NCBI RefSeq assembly: GCF_964355755.1
Contig: NC_092674.1
Location: 5,394,001-5,458,000, forward strand
DNA length: 64,000 nucleotides
Direction: 5' to 3'
Source of the DNA: Antedon mediterranea
Taxonomy: Eukaryota; Animalia; Echinodermata
Shown: positions 27,901-36,438 of the stretch, piece by piece
Numbering within the stretch: the stretch's first letter is position 1
Layout of the letters: each line of letters begins with the position of its first letter
Notes under the pieces: model-generated
What the model saw: the letters and a program-made list of their open reading frames with translations, nothing else
What the model was told of the DNA's origin: nothing
Database searches by the model: none
Made by a program: the position numbers and the translations under genes

Positions 27901-30900
27901 CAGCAATCAGACAGAGCACGACAATAGGCTCAATGCAGTACTGAAGAGATTAGACAAAAGTGGTCTAACTCTAAATAGTGCGAAATGCAAATTCTCTCAG
28001 ACGAAACTGGATTACTTGGGCCAGATAATCGATGGTGAAGGATTGAGAAAAGACCCAAAGAAAATCGAAGCAATTATGAAAATGCAACCACCCACCAATG
28101 TCACAGAACTCAGACAGTTCCTAGGAATGGTAAACCAACAGATGAAATTCGTTCCTAACCTGGCAGAGACCACCAAACCATTACGGGATCTCATGAAGAA
28201 GGAAAATGAATGGGTTTGGGACCAAGCTCAACAAGAAACATTCGTCAAGATACAGAATGAACTAAGCTCAGACAGAGTACTGAAACTCTACAGCACCACA
28301 AAAGAAACCGTTATATCAGCCGATGCGAGCAGTTTTGGACTAGGTGCTGTGCTTCTACAGAAACAAGAAAATGGCGAGCTGAGACCAGTAGCCTATGCAA
28401 GTAGATCCATGACGGCAACGGAACGCAGATATGCACAGATCGAAAAAGAAGCACTTGCCACCACATGGTCACTTGAACATTGGGCCGATCTGTTAGTGGG
28501 ACTCAAGTTTAGAGTCCAAACCGACCACAAACCACTGGTTCCACTTTTCTCTACCAAGAACATTGACGAACTCCCTATACGAGTTCAGAGATTCCGAATG
28601 CGTCTGATGAGGTTTAACTTTGATATAAACCATGTGCCCGGGAAGCTATTATACACAGCCGATGCACTGTCAAGATCGCCGAGGCACAAAGAAAGACGTG
28701 CAAACGAAGAGATCGACCGTGAAGAAAAGTTAAGGAATGAGGTAGAATGTTTCGTAAACAGCGTGATGGTGACTCTACCAGCATCAGACAAGAGACTGGA
28801 GGAGATAAGGTCAGAACTGCGAAAAGATGACACTCTAAAAATGGTGATGTACCATGTTCAAGAAGGATGGAACGAGAAATCAGAGGCATCCGGCTATCTG
28901 CACAGCTACTGGAAAGAAAGAGGTAGCCTTTCTGTACATGAAGGCCTCCTCCTAAAGAGCAAACGTCTAGTAATCCCTCCAAAACTCAGAACAGATATTC
29001 TACGTTGTCTACATGACAGTCACCAAGGAATTACAAAGATGAGAGCAAATGCAATGTCTTCAGTATGGTGGCCAGGGATATCAAGAGACATAGAGAAAGT
29101 TGGGAGGAACTGCGAGATGTGCGCAAGATACAGGAGAAGTCAAGCAGAACCAATGCGAGGAACAGAGTTCCCAAACCGACCATGGTCTAGAGTTGGTACC
29201 GACTTTTTCCATTACAAGGGACGTAACTATCTACTTGCTGTAGATTATTACTCAAGAGACATTGAGGTCTGCATTGTCACAAAGAATGTAGATACGAAAG
29301 AAACTGTTGCCAAATTGAAGAAAATATTCAGTCGTCAAGGCATACCAGACGTCCTGTTCTCAGACAATGGACCACAATACAGCTCTGACGAATTCAAAGC
29401 ATTTGCACAGAGCTGGAGATTTGAACATGTAACATCATCCCCTCATTTCCCACAGTCAAACGGCGAGGCGGAGCGAGCAGTACAAACCATCAAATCCTTC
29501 ATGAACAAGTGTGACGATGAGTATTTGGCAATGCTACAGTACCGTAACACACCACTTCAAAATGGGTATTCACCAACACAGTTGAATATGAGTCGGAGAC
29601 TAAAGACAAGAGTGCCATGTCACCCAGAAGAGCTCCGACCAAAACTACCAGACCAGACTGACCTTAGACAGAAAGAGGAGAGATATAGACGTGAAATGAA
29701 GAGAAACTTTGACAACCGTCACAGAGCTGCAGATGCGGAACAACTAAGTCCGGGTGACAAAGTATATATACCGGACTTGAAACGTCACGGAACAATCACG
29801 GGATACCACAAGGCACCCAGGTCCGTGTACATCGATACGGATGGAAAAACAGTGAGAAGAAATCGTGCAATGACACGGAAGCTCACTAACAACGATGTGA
29901 TGATGCAAGAACAACCAAAGGAGAGAGATGGTGAGGTGAAGGAAAACCAAACTCCAACCAATCACGATCACTCCAGCGATACGGGAACGCCAACTGAAGC
30001 GGACGACCGCAACAACCCGAAGCCACCGGAAGCATCAACACCATCAAATACCAGACCACAACGGAACCGGCGAAGACCACGTTATTTGGATGAATATGTA
30101 ACATCCTAATTTCATATAATGAACACTGATCTATAATCACTCACCAAAAATAAAAACACTGAACACTGATTGATAATGAACAATATTGGACCTTTATTGA
30201 AACACAGATGGAAATTCAATGATTGACATGATCTTACTCTAAATGTTAATTTGTGTTTAAAGTTAAAGTTTAGTTGCTGCGCGACTTAAAATTATAAAGC
30301 TGATTAATCAATCTCTAAGAAAAAGGGAGATGTGGTAGTATGCAATATCGATCTAGCGCCACCTAGCGGGGATCGAGAGAGGGTTTTTTAACATGGACGC
30401 GAGTCACGATAGTTGATATGTTGAATAAATGTTATTTGGATTGTGTTTAACGGTAGTCCTATGTACGTCTGTTTGAGTACAGTGTAGCGACAACAAACAA
30501 AACATAATAATTTGGACACATCACACTTTGTCAAACTAGTTTGATAGTGTGGACAGAGCTTAACACATATATATCTGTTACTGAATAATGCCGCCACTCG
30601 CATCACTTTTTATAGTACTTTTTGCACTCCAAAACACTGTTAAAATTCTATATTTTCATTGGTCACAAAATGATAATCAAATAGTCATGTAAACATATAT
30701 ATTGATATAAATTCATCATGTATCTGAGAAAAATATTGAATGAAAAAGTATCTAAAAATGATTAGAAATAGAAAAAAGAATTTCTCATATAATAACATAA
30801 GCAAACTATGTATAATCAACCCGTTTGAAACATTCATTACATTTCTTTAAGTTCTACATTTTTTAATCAAACACTTTAATCTGCCTGCCATCCGACTGTA

Positions 30901-32573
30901 GAAGATCCGGGATTTTGAAATTTGAGTCGGAGCCTAAAAATTGGGGGGCTGAACTTAACTGGAATGTCCTACCTTTTACATTAAAATTTCGAAATTTAGA
31001 GGTGGGGGTGGAACTGGGTTAATTGGGCCCTCCCTGGTGATCCCAAATTTTTAAATAAGTGCTCGGGGTGGAAATGGTAAAATTAGTCATATGCTGTACA
31101 TACATTTTACAAGAAATGTTATTTGTCGGCATTAACCAACTGTTTGAAAGGACATATTCTATTCTATGGTTTGCACATATTCAATAAAATATTGTTGCTC
31201 CGTGATGCTCCCTTTGTTTGTTTCAAGATTTAAATTAACTGACTTTCTGAAAATCTAGACCAGTTTGAGAGTTTATGCAGCTCTACATTACACAACTCAT
31301 GTTCCACAACTCAAAAAATCTTGCTCATGCTCATAAGTGTCTTGCTCATGTTCCGATTTCTATCGTACCTGAAAATCTCCACATGTATTCAGACAAGAAT
31401 TCTTGAGATGTCCCCTTTTAGCAATTTTTTTACTAATACGAGCTTAGTTTATAAAGCTTGGTTCCCACTTGGCCGCAACACGAGGACTTAAGCGCAAGGC
31501 AACTTGACCAATCGTGACGCGTTATACCATCTATACTTGCATTGTGCCTACGTCGTTTCGTTGCGTCACAGTGAGAACCAAGCCTAAAGCATTGCAAACA
31601 AAATTAATAACAGAATGTGTCTGTGCTCATTCCATAAAAAGATATAGAAACAACTAAAAATTAAAATCCTAAAAATGTATTATTTACACATGTTCGATCA
31701 GTTTAATGGATTTTTCTGTTCTTCTTTCAGCAATTTTGTTTTTTCTAATACCTGTAATTTAAATTTTTCTAACCAATTTTTTTTGTTAGTAAAATTGATG
31801 ACATGAAATTATGTTGACTGCTTATTAATTTCTGCATGTTATGCTTGTAATAATTTTAATTCAATATAAAGCTTAACATTTGCGTTATCTTTCACCAACA
31901 GGGGGCGATGTGTTAGAACGCTGTACGCTTGTGAGGCTGAGAATGAGTCCGAGTTATCATTCAACCCGAACCAGGTCATTTTTAATGGTATGTAGGCTAC
32001 ATGGGTGTGGCATGTATGTTACGAATGAGATTCAGTAACTATTACCTGCTCAAAATTCTTCCATTAATTTATCACACATTAAATAATTATTGATGCTATT
32101 TTCCAATCAAAACATAATAAGCAGAGAGCCTTTTGCAGACATAGGTTGCAGCGTTTACTTATATTGGAATAATGCTTACATTTGGCTAATACTCACCATT
32201 TAATGTTATATTTAATGTTGTCATCTTTAAGTTTCAAAACATGTTGGCTAAGCGCTGTACTATTTTTATACTTTTTATTACGGAATGAGCTTGTATGCCC
32301 ATTGTATCTACACTTTAAAATATTTTCTGTCAGTCCAACATGTTTTAACTTTGTCATTTCTTGTCACAGATTTTAATTTGTATATATTTTTGTTCAATAG
32401 TCCATTCATCAAAGGAACCTGGTTGGCTTTTAGGAACAACTGAGGGTGGCAAAACAGGGCTTATACCAGAAAATTACGTCCAAGATTTTGTATCAACCGA
32501 AAGTGCATTCACATCTCCTGACAAAAACACCCACGAGAAGAGCCCTCACACTCCGAAAGGAACAAAGATTTAG
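953..32573 (+). CDS. ARHGAP26: GRAF-family Rho GTPase-activating protein (BAR-PH-RhoGAP-SH3), 5' part outside window
   Basis: Phase-consistent GT-AG exons: 953-1015 ([24 protein letters not shown] end); PH exons 1469-1529 ([10 protein letters not shown]), 2123-2220 (WVKYYC), 2939-2976, 3206-3262 (IEKRFCFDI), 3606-3684 ([11 protein letters not shown]), then 4687-4723; RhoGAP exons 5228-5290, 6027-6101 (QGLYRVVG, Arg finger), 7847-7934, 8518-8576 (LPEPLMT), 8861-8966, 9154-9313 ([16 protein letters not shown]); 9660-9990; linker exons; SH3 exons 31902-31987 ([16 protein letters not shown]) and 32401-32573 ([13 protein letters not shown], stop). The symbol denotes the family (ARHGAP26/10/42/OPHN1), not strict orthology. 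Confidence 0.93.
1581..1795 (+). mobile_element. tRNA-derived SINE
   Basis: A box TAGCCGAGTGG 1587-1597, B box GGTTCAATTCC 1631-1641, SINE-like body CCACTCAGCTGTAAATGAGTACC, CTTTA-type tail. Confidence 0.7.
2719..2892. mobile_element. MITE family A (PIF/Harbinger-like)
   Basis: TIR AGCTCTGTCTACACTATC, 3-bp TSD TAA, internal 21-bp repeat CCCAAATATGGTAGTGATATA. Further copies at ~5928-6002, 8602-8761, 12717-12866, 13176-13400, 15356-15485, 16648-16776, 23414-23524, 25506-30560 (split by Gypsy), 35821-35952, 49814-49950, 52361-52510, 55000-55139, 56395-56510. Confidence 0.85.
3868..4482. mobile_element. non-autonomous DNA transposon, Kolobok-like
   Basis: TTAA flanks, imperfect TIR AGACCCCTTCCCT / AGGGAATGGGGCT (RR..YY termini), CpG-rich interior. 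Confidence 0.65.
7544..7808. mobile_element. MITE (Harbinger-like)
   Basis: TIR GCCTGGTTTCCATAAAATCGCTACA / TAGCGATTTTAATGGAAACCAGG, TWA-type flanks. Confidence 0.7.
8110..8445. repeat. minisatellite, ~65-bp degenerate unit
   Basis: Repeated ..CAGCATTGTCATTT..TTTATTTGTATCTCCATTGAGATC.., about 5 copies with alternating variants. Confidence 0.8.
8602..8761. mobile_element. MITE family A copy
   Basis: Same TIR and internal motifs as 2719-2892. Confidence 0.8.
10102..10179. mobile_element. short Tc1/mariner-type MITE
   Basis: TIR CAGTAGAACCC / GGGTTCTACTG followed by TA; related fragment at ~19480-19550. Confidence 0.55.
10234..11139. mobile_element. non-autonomous Tc1/mariner (pogo-like) element
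   Basis: Perfect 27-bp TIR CCGTATATTTCGGTGTATAAGTCGCAC, TA flanks in a (TA)n tract, subterminal TGTATAAGACGCAC repeats. Confidence 0.88.
10951..10993. mobile_element. putative P-superfamily excision footprint
   Basis: GTCAGGC + CATGGAGGTAT-CTTTTTT-ATACCTCCATG (29 bp) + GTCAGGC. Confidence 0.65.
12005..12124 (+). CDS. GRAF linker exon, Ser-rich, phase 1-1
   Basis: tttacag|AT..ACG G|gtaaga; 120 nt; [18 protein letters not shown]... Confidence 0.8.
12717..12866. mobile_element. MITE family A copy
   Basis: Same TIR and internal motifs, opposite orientation. Confidence 0.8.
14750..14821 (+). CDS. candidate GRAF cassette exon, phase 1-1
   Basis: cctcag|GC..AAA G|gtgagg; 72 nt, open frame [24 protein letters not shown]; long pyrimidine tract upstream. 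Confidence 0.6.
15086..15181 (+). CDS. candidate GRAF cassette exon, phase 1-1
   Basis: ccttag|GA..TCA G|gttgat; 96 nt, GC-richer than flanks, [32 protein letters not shown]. Confidence 0.65.
15197..15310. repeat. 26-bp tandem repeat x4.4
   Basis: AGTCTTTGCGTTTTTGTACAATTTTC. Confidence 0.9.
16375..16407 (+). CDS. candidate GRAF micro-exon, phase 1-1
   Basis: pyrimidine tract + cataag|TT..AAA C|gttagt; 33 nt (in-frame alternative acceptor at 16384), [10 protein letters not shown]. Confidence 0.45.
17278..17310 (+). CDS. candidate GRAF micro-exon, phase 1-1
   Basis: tatacag|GG..TCC A|gtaaat; 33 nt, [10 protein letters not shown]. Confidence 0.35.
17377..17419 (+). CDS. GRAF linker exon, phase 1-2 (frame switch)
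   Basis: ttcttgaatag|GA..AC|gtaagt; 43 nt, [14 protein letters not shown]; supplies the phase change needed between 12124 (phase 1) and 31902 (phase 2). Confidence 0.7.
18278..18689. mobile_element. MITE with perfect 34-bp TIRs and internal ~85-bp tandem duplication
   Basis: TIR AGCAAAGAACTTATAACACAAGAATCTCCTGTTC; direct repeat ~18414-18496 / ~18499-18581; TSD ambiguous in TA-rich flanks. Confidence 0.8.
18704..18760. mobile_element. putative P-superfamily excision footprint
   Basis: TATAGAT + CATGGAGAAATA..TATTTCGCCATG (43 bp) + TATAGAT. Confidence 0.6.
19875..19940 (+). CDS. candidate GRAF cassette exon, phase 2-2
   Basis: ctcctttag|T..AAG AG|gtctgt; 66 nt, [21 protein letters not shown]; branch-like ctaac upstream. 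Confidence 0.6.
21585..21809. repeat. 74-bp tandem repeat x3
   Basis: TTTCTTTGATCCTACA..GAAACAAGCCATCAAATATCTACCATAATTTGTCTCTTCCTTG. Confidence 0.9.
21848..22066 (+). CDS. GRAF linker exon, Pro/Ser/poly-Gly, phase 2-2
   Basis: ctcgcag|T..CT|gtaagt; 219 nt, [20 protein letters not shown]...GGGGGGGG...NTPSTL. Confidence 0.8.
22528..22614 (+). CDS. candidate GRAF cassette exon, phase 2-2
   Basis: ccttccgcag|A..AG|gtttgt; 87 nt, [28 protein letters not shown]. Confidence 0.6.
22956..23120. mobile_element. hAT-like MITE
   Basis: TIR CAGTGGTGTAAC / GTTATGCCACTG, 8-bp TSD CTACCAGC / CTATCAGC; related fragments at ~1075-1230 and ~5400-5520. Confidence 0.7.
23946..24011. repeat. 22-bp tandem repeat x3 containing TGCATG
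   Basis: CTCTGTATGCATGAGTGAACAK. Confidence 0.85.
24192..24228. mobile_element. putative P-superfamily excision footprint
   Basis: AGTCAAC + CATGGAGGTGATATACCTCCATG (23 bp) + AGTCAAC. Confidence 0.65.
24414..24453. mobile_element. putative P-superfamily excision footprint (CATAG subfamily)
   Basis: CACTAAC + CATAGAGATACTATAATATCTCTATG (26 bp) + CACTAAC. Confidence 0.65.
24942..24977 (+). CDS. candidate GRAF micro-exon, phase 2-2
   Basis: tatttacag|C..TG|gtaaca; 36 nt, [11 protein letters not shown]. Confidence 0.45.
25590..25768 (+). repeat. 5' LTR
   Basis: 179 bp, identical by eye to 30331-30509; AATAAA at 25683. Confidence 0.95.
26027..30109 (+). CDS. Gag-Pol polyprotein (Gag with two Zn knuckles, protease, RT, RNase H, integrase)
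   Basis: Uninterrupted ORF from first ATG at 26027; CGYCGKSH..C and [14 protein letters not shown]; protease IDTGA; RT LPYG..HMDD; RNase H ADAS..TDHKPL; integrase H..H..CEMC, SDNG, GEAE; PR-RT-RH-IN order is Gypsy-type. Confidence 0.96.
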   Translation: MATFIKPPETLIVDGSNPSHAWNKWKRKFEIYLKATGNSKKETEIKVGLLLNCIGDNSIDIYTNFKFKPAMQNPENEEEIPAEDPNDYTVIMNKFDEHFSRRDPQLMLRQRFWHHLQREPGQSFDSWVTTVKERAAECKFPKEFQEEAVRDKLTFSCTNDSYKLKLYDEGAKLSLTKTTRILALKEATSQELQKSKTATIDQVRHKTKPRPATQGQTKKQYSHNKAARPQTNEGKCQKCGYCGKSHPYGKQNCPAKSATCNACGKTGHYKVVCRSTASRSSRVNQVDDEHPFLISGVSVQQVNRSQLKDAHKQPGWHIKLRAADQELSWCIDTGAQVSVMPNIVYQNRFGEMFPTDKTLVGTGDTPLKTRGFVDMKLKQQHGNNSEIEERVYIVENATTLLLGVPAIRNLGLIHEIPGTYSVKAVDVNSPITKEKIKEEYPGLFRGLGKLDGEYTIKLKEDTKPFCLTTPRRIALPLLEKTKAELERMVQLEVIEPIDEPTDWCAPIVVVPKQNGDVRICVDLTKLNQSVRRELYHMPKVEETLGKVANGTVFSKLDANSGFHQVKLSLESTKLTTFITPFGRYVFKRLPYGISSAPEYFQKQMDRELRGLEGVVCHMDDILITGSNQTEHDNRLNAVLKRLDKSGLTLNSAKCKFSQTKLDYLGQIIDGEGLRKDPKKIEAIMKMQPPTNVTELRQFLGMVNQQMKFVPNLAETTKPLRDLMKKENEWVWDQAQQETFVKIQNELSSDRVLKLYSTTKETVISADASSFGLGAVLLQKQENGELRPVAYASRSMTATERRYAQIEKEALATTWSLEHWADLLVGLKFRVQTDHKPLVPLFSTKNIDELPIRVQRFRMRLMRFNFDINHVPGKLLYTADALSRSPRHKERRANEEIDREEKLRNEVECFVNSVMVTLPASDKRLEEIRSELRKDDTLKMVMYHVQEGWNEKSEASGYLHSYWKERGSLSVHEGLLLKSKRLVIPPKLRTDILRCLHDSHQGITKMRANAMSSVWWPGISRDIEKVGRNCEMCARYRRSQAEPMRGTEFPNRPWSRVGTDFFHYKGRNYLLAVDYYSRDIEVCIVTKNVDTKETVAKLKKIFSRQGIPDVLFSDNGPQYSSDEFKAFAQSWRFEHVTSSPHFPQSNGEAERAVQTIKSFMNKCDDEYLAMLQYRNTPLQNGYSPTQLNMSRRLKTRVPCHPEELRPKLPDQTDLRQKEERYRREMKRNFDNRHRAADAEQLSPGDKVYIPDLKRHGTITGYHKAPRSVYIDTDGKTVRRNRAMTRKLTNNDVMMQEQPKERDGEVKENQTPTNHDHSSDTGTPTEADDRNNPKPPEASTPSNTRPQRNRRRPRYLDEYVTS
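30331..30509 (+). repeat. 3' LTR
   Basis: Directly follows the PPT; identical to the 5' LTR; AATAAA at 30424. Confidence 0.95.
31455..31584. mobile_element. MITE family B (Harbinger-like)
   Basis: TIR GCTTGGTTCCCACT, TAA flanks; relatives at 34270-34463, 36264-36438, ~57880-57977, ~58222-58340. Confidence 0.7.
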
Positions 32574-34269
32574 CATTGCGAGAACGTGAAGCCTAAACAT
32601 ATTTACACATGTTTGGCTGTGGTATTGGAAGTCTTAGTGAAAAAGTGCTGAAAATACTATTCAGTTTTGCAGGCATCTTTTGACCAGTTCAAGGCTGCCA
32701 TGCGCACTTCTTAAGAAGATATAAAAGCGGTTTTTTGTGACAGTGTGTGTTGAGAATATTTGTTTTTCAAACCTTGTAATAAGAACATGTATTTGACAAA
32801 AAAAATAAAATTTTGGAAAATTGTGGTACAATATAGTTAAAAAACAGCAATCAGCAATATTGTTAGAAAAAAGGTGTTCGTAAAAAAGTGCTTTAGAAAT
32901 TTTTTAATGGGGGAATGTTACAATTTTGAAACTGGAAAAAAAAGTGGCATGTGGTTTGTTCCATGTAAAATGTTCAATGTGATTGGTGCTGTAGAATGAA
33001 TAGCAGGCATGCTTGGTTGTGAATGTGTTAGGGTAACAAAAAAACATTTAAAAGATACCCTTTTAAACAATATTAATACATTTTTTAACTAACTAAATTG
33101 CTAATAAAAATAATAATATATATTTGCTTCAAACGTGAACTAGTGGTTGACTTGTCTCGGAATCAGTTTTTAAAATATTGATATATAAGAAATAAATTGT
33201 CTGTATATTGAAGATAAATTCATAAACGATAAATAAAACTATTATGACAAAATTAGCAGATAATGTAAATGCACCAGGATTTATATAGGTTCTCTAACGA
33301 TGAAAAATGTTATGCTAAATTATTATTTTTGCATATTCTGTATATACGTCATTATTTACATCATTAAGAATACGACATATGGTTCTATATTGTATATACG
33401 GTCATTGCTACATATTGTATTAAATCAGCATATCTCTGTTTATATTATATATAAATTCTTTACAATAAACCAGACATACAGCACATGTGTGACGTTACTC
33501 CATTCACCTACAAAACCGAAGAACATCGGCAAATCCCAAGCCAGGTCTGCTTATAGAGGGTGCTTCTCAACACCTTGCAATGATGCTCCTAGCAACCACG
33601 CTCCTAGCAACCACTAACAACCAGTCATAGCCATGTTGTAACTCCGATTCAGATTCGATTTATTAAGTCATTCATACATATAGTACAATGATAATTGTTT
33701 TCTTGGCAGAAAAAAAAAACAAAACAATGCACACATATTTACATTCATGATCAACATGGAACTTAACAACTGATCAAGCAATACAACACCTAATGACCTA
33801 TCTTTGGAACTCACTCACAGTTTTCAAAGATCGCTGTTTCTATTTTGTATATTATGCTTATTAGTGTCTAATACAACTATGTGTATATATGCTATGGTAT
33901 TTTGCATAGTGTGTTAACAGTATTCCACCTGATTCTTAATATTTTTGTGCCAGTAACAAGGAAATAATCTGTAATACAGAGTCACATGTATCACATGTAG
34001 TATCTGTATTATGTAAAGGTTAGGTTTATGGTCTAATGGTACGGCCATCTGACACATGTGTGACACTGTTTTACAGAATTGTCTATGATACAAGACAAAT
34101 TAAAAATAAAGGACTGAGAATTGTCTATCTAGACTTCAGGGCTTATTAACGTACATTCAGGTTTTGTATTGAAATGGTTTCATAAAAGGAGAATAACTTG
34201 TTATTGTACAGATGGGTTTCGTAAGTAATTATATTCAGATTAGAAATACAGTAGAAAGAGATTTACATT

Positions 34270-34463
34270 AGCTTGGTTCCCACTAGCGACGCAACCTACG
34301 CAACGTTAGAAAATGCCCTAATAATCGTGTTTGCCCCCGCCTGCGTGAAATCAAACCTGCGATTTCTGCAGCACTGTTGCGTCATCGGTTCCCACTTTTG
34401 AGTACGCAATATATCACTTTGCGTCAATACGTCGCTGCGTTGCGCTCTAGTGGGAACCACGCT
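34270..34463. mobile_element. MITE family B
   Basis: TIR AGCTTGGTTCCCACTAG / CTAGTGGGAACCACGCT. Confidence 0.75.
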
Positions 34464-35390
34464 TTATTCCTAATGAGCAGTGCCAAGATTTAATTTAAGA
34501 TATTCACTGTATGTCTTAATGACCTCGTAGAATTAGATATAGTTTATATCAAATAATATATATTTTCATTTTGCCATCCAATTTATTAATAGATTTATAT
34601 TGAGCACTTTAATTTTTTAACCAAACCATATGACTAATATATTATTTGTAACATTTTGTGTTATTTTTTTAGATAAAAACAGATTTTAATTTGATATAGG
34701 CCTAGAAAAGGACGCTAGTTTCAATTAATAGTTGTCTGTCCCTAAACTGGACACTCTCAGGTTGGCCAAAAATGCCTGGTCTTGGCCAGAATTTGGTGGT
34801 GTTGGTGTGGGAGAATCTTATTGCAGTTTTTAAACTAAGATGCTGAATGATGTTTTTGAAATTGCTAATTATTATAAAATTATGAAAAGAGTAGTGTACA
34901 AATTATTGCTAGTATTAGAGTTTTTAAAAAGCAAATATGTGTATTTGTAAATGTATGGTGGGTGATTGTAATATAAAAAGTGAATATAGTTTAAACTAGA
35001 GGTAGACTTCCATGATTTTAGTGAAGTTGACGGCATAGTTATGGAACACTTTAAATGTGGACAATCAATTGAGAAACTACAACTAGGACAGTCTTATTGA
35101 TAACCTAATACATTTTAGGCTGATTTTAGACTGTATAGGCTGATTGTTGATATGGTCCCTTGGACATAATGGTCTCACAGAAGCGGTCTCATTTGAGGTG
35201 ATCTTATTCAAATGGTCCCTTAATTGATGTGACCCTTCATTGGTGCCTTGGTTTTGATGGCCCCTTAATGTAATTTTCACTGTAATATTCATAATTATAT
35301 TGTACATTTGCTTGTACTGTAAATGCGTTGATAATACATATATTGTATAACATTTGTAAATATTTATGCTAACCTCTATGTAATTGCCTA

Positions 35391-35439
35391 CTTGTATCAT
35401 GGAGGTAAAAAATATTATTTTTTACCTCCATGCTTGTAT
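35391..35439. mobile_element. putative P-superfamily transposon excision footprint
   Basis: CTTGTAT + CATGGAGGTAAAAAATA-T-TATTTTTTACCTCCATG (17+1+17 perfect hairpin) + CTTGTAT. Confidence 0.7.
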
Positions 35440-36263
35440 TATGATATATAAACTACATGTATATGTATTAAATATTGAACATAGGAAATATTTGTTTTTT
35501 TCTAATGGAACTATATATAAAATTGGTATTAATAATTATAGATACTATGTGATTGGATCAGCTGAGAATCTTTGGGTTTTCAAATTTTCTTTTACTCACA
35601 ATAAAGTTAGTTGATGTTTTCCATTACAAATCAAGTTGATTTTGTTTGGAATTGCACGGATAAATAAACTTTTATTTACTTTTGTTCTGTATTAAAATAA
35701 AAGGGCCTAATGATATTCAAATGTCTTGTCTGTATTCATGGAATCAATTACTTTCTTTGATTTGCTTTAATAAGCTATTCTAAAATCTGAAATTTAAGTA
35801 TACAAAAAAAAAACATCCCGATAGTGCATTATGTGATTGTGCCCAAATATGGTAGTAATATGCCCAGATATGGTACTGATATGACATCATCATGTTCATA
35901 TGGGCACATCACATTATTTTGTCACATTAAGTTTGATAGTGTAGACTGAGCTTTATACTGTAGACCCATTCTAGTGAAAGACGAAAGATAAGTTTCTTCC
36001 ATGGCATTAATTCCCATAAATGCTGATGCCAGAAGTGTTTCAAATAGCGCCCTCTATGTTTGATTTTTATATAATTTATAACGCCCCCTTTGATTTGGCC
36101 ATGCTAATTTATAAAGTTTCCAAATACAGGATTAATTTTTTCCAGGAGATGTAGGCCTAAAATAAATATTTTATGTATGAGTCTCTCTAATCTCTTTTCA
36201 CACATGCGATCTGTATAACTCCCGATCAGGGCTGTATGTTATATCCGTCGTTAAGTGCGTTAA

Positions 36264-36438
36264 AGCGTGGTTCCCACTAGAGTCTAGAGAGCGACGTATT
36301 GACGCAAAGTTATCACAAGTGTGAGAACCGACGACGCAACAGTGCTGCAGAAATCGCAGGTTTGATTTCACGCAGGCGGGGGAAAACACGATTATTGTAG
36401 GTTGCGTTACGTTGCGTCGCTAGTGTGGGAACCAAGCT
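36264..36438. mobile_element. MITE family B, inverted relative to 34270-34463
   Basis: Interior is the reverse complement of the 34270 copy. Confidence 0.75.

Larger units (their letters stand above)
25590..30509 (+). mobile_element. full-length Ty3/Gypsy LTR retrotransposon (Mag-clade-like)
   Basis: Identical 179-bp LTRs 25590-25768 and 30331-30509; 5-bp TSD ATTTG (25585-25589, 30510-30514); PBS TGGTGTCAGAAGTG at 25769 complementary to a tRNA-Leu 3' end; PPT AAGAAAAAGGGAGA 30317-30330; single gag-pol ORF. Confidence 0.97.
25506..30560. mobile_element. MITE family A copy interrupted by the Gypsy element
   Basis: Left half 25506-25589 and right half 30515-30560 rejoin to the family consensus ..CTACCATATTTGGrCACATCAC..; TAA flanks. 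Confidence 0.9.

Noticed and set aside
34270-36438. Inverted MITE-B pair forming a 3' UTR dsRNA
   Set aside because: AATAAA signals near 35660-35700 lie before the second copy, so both are unlikely to be in one transcript; no evidence available
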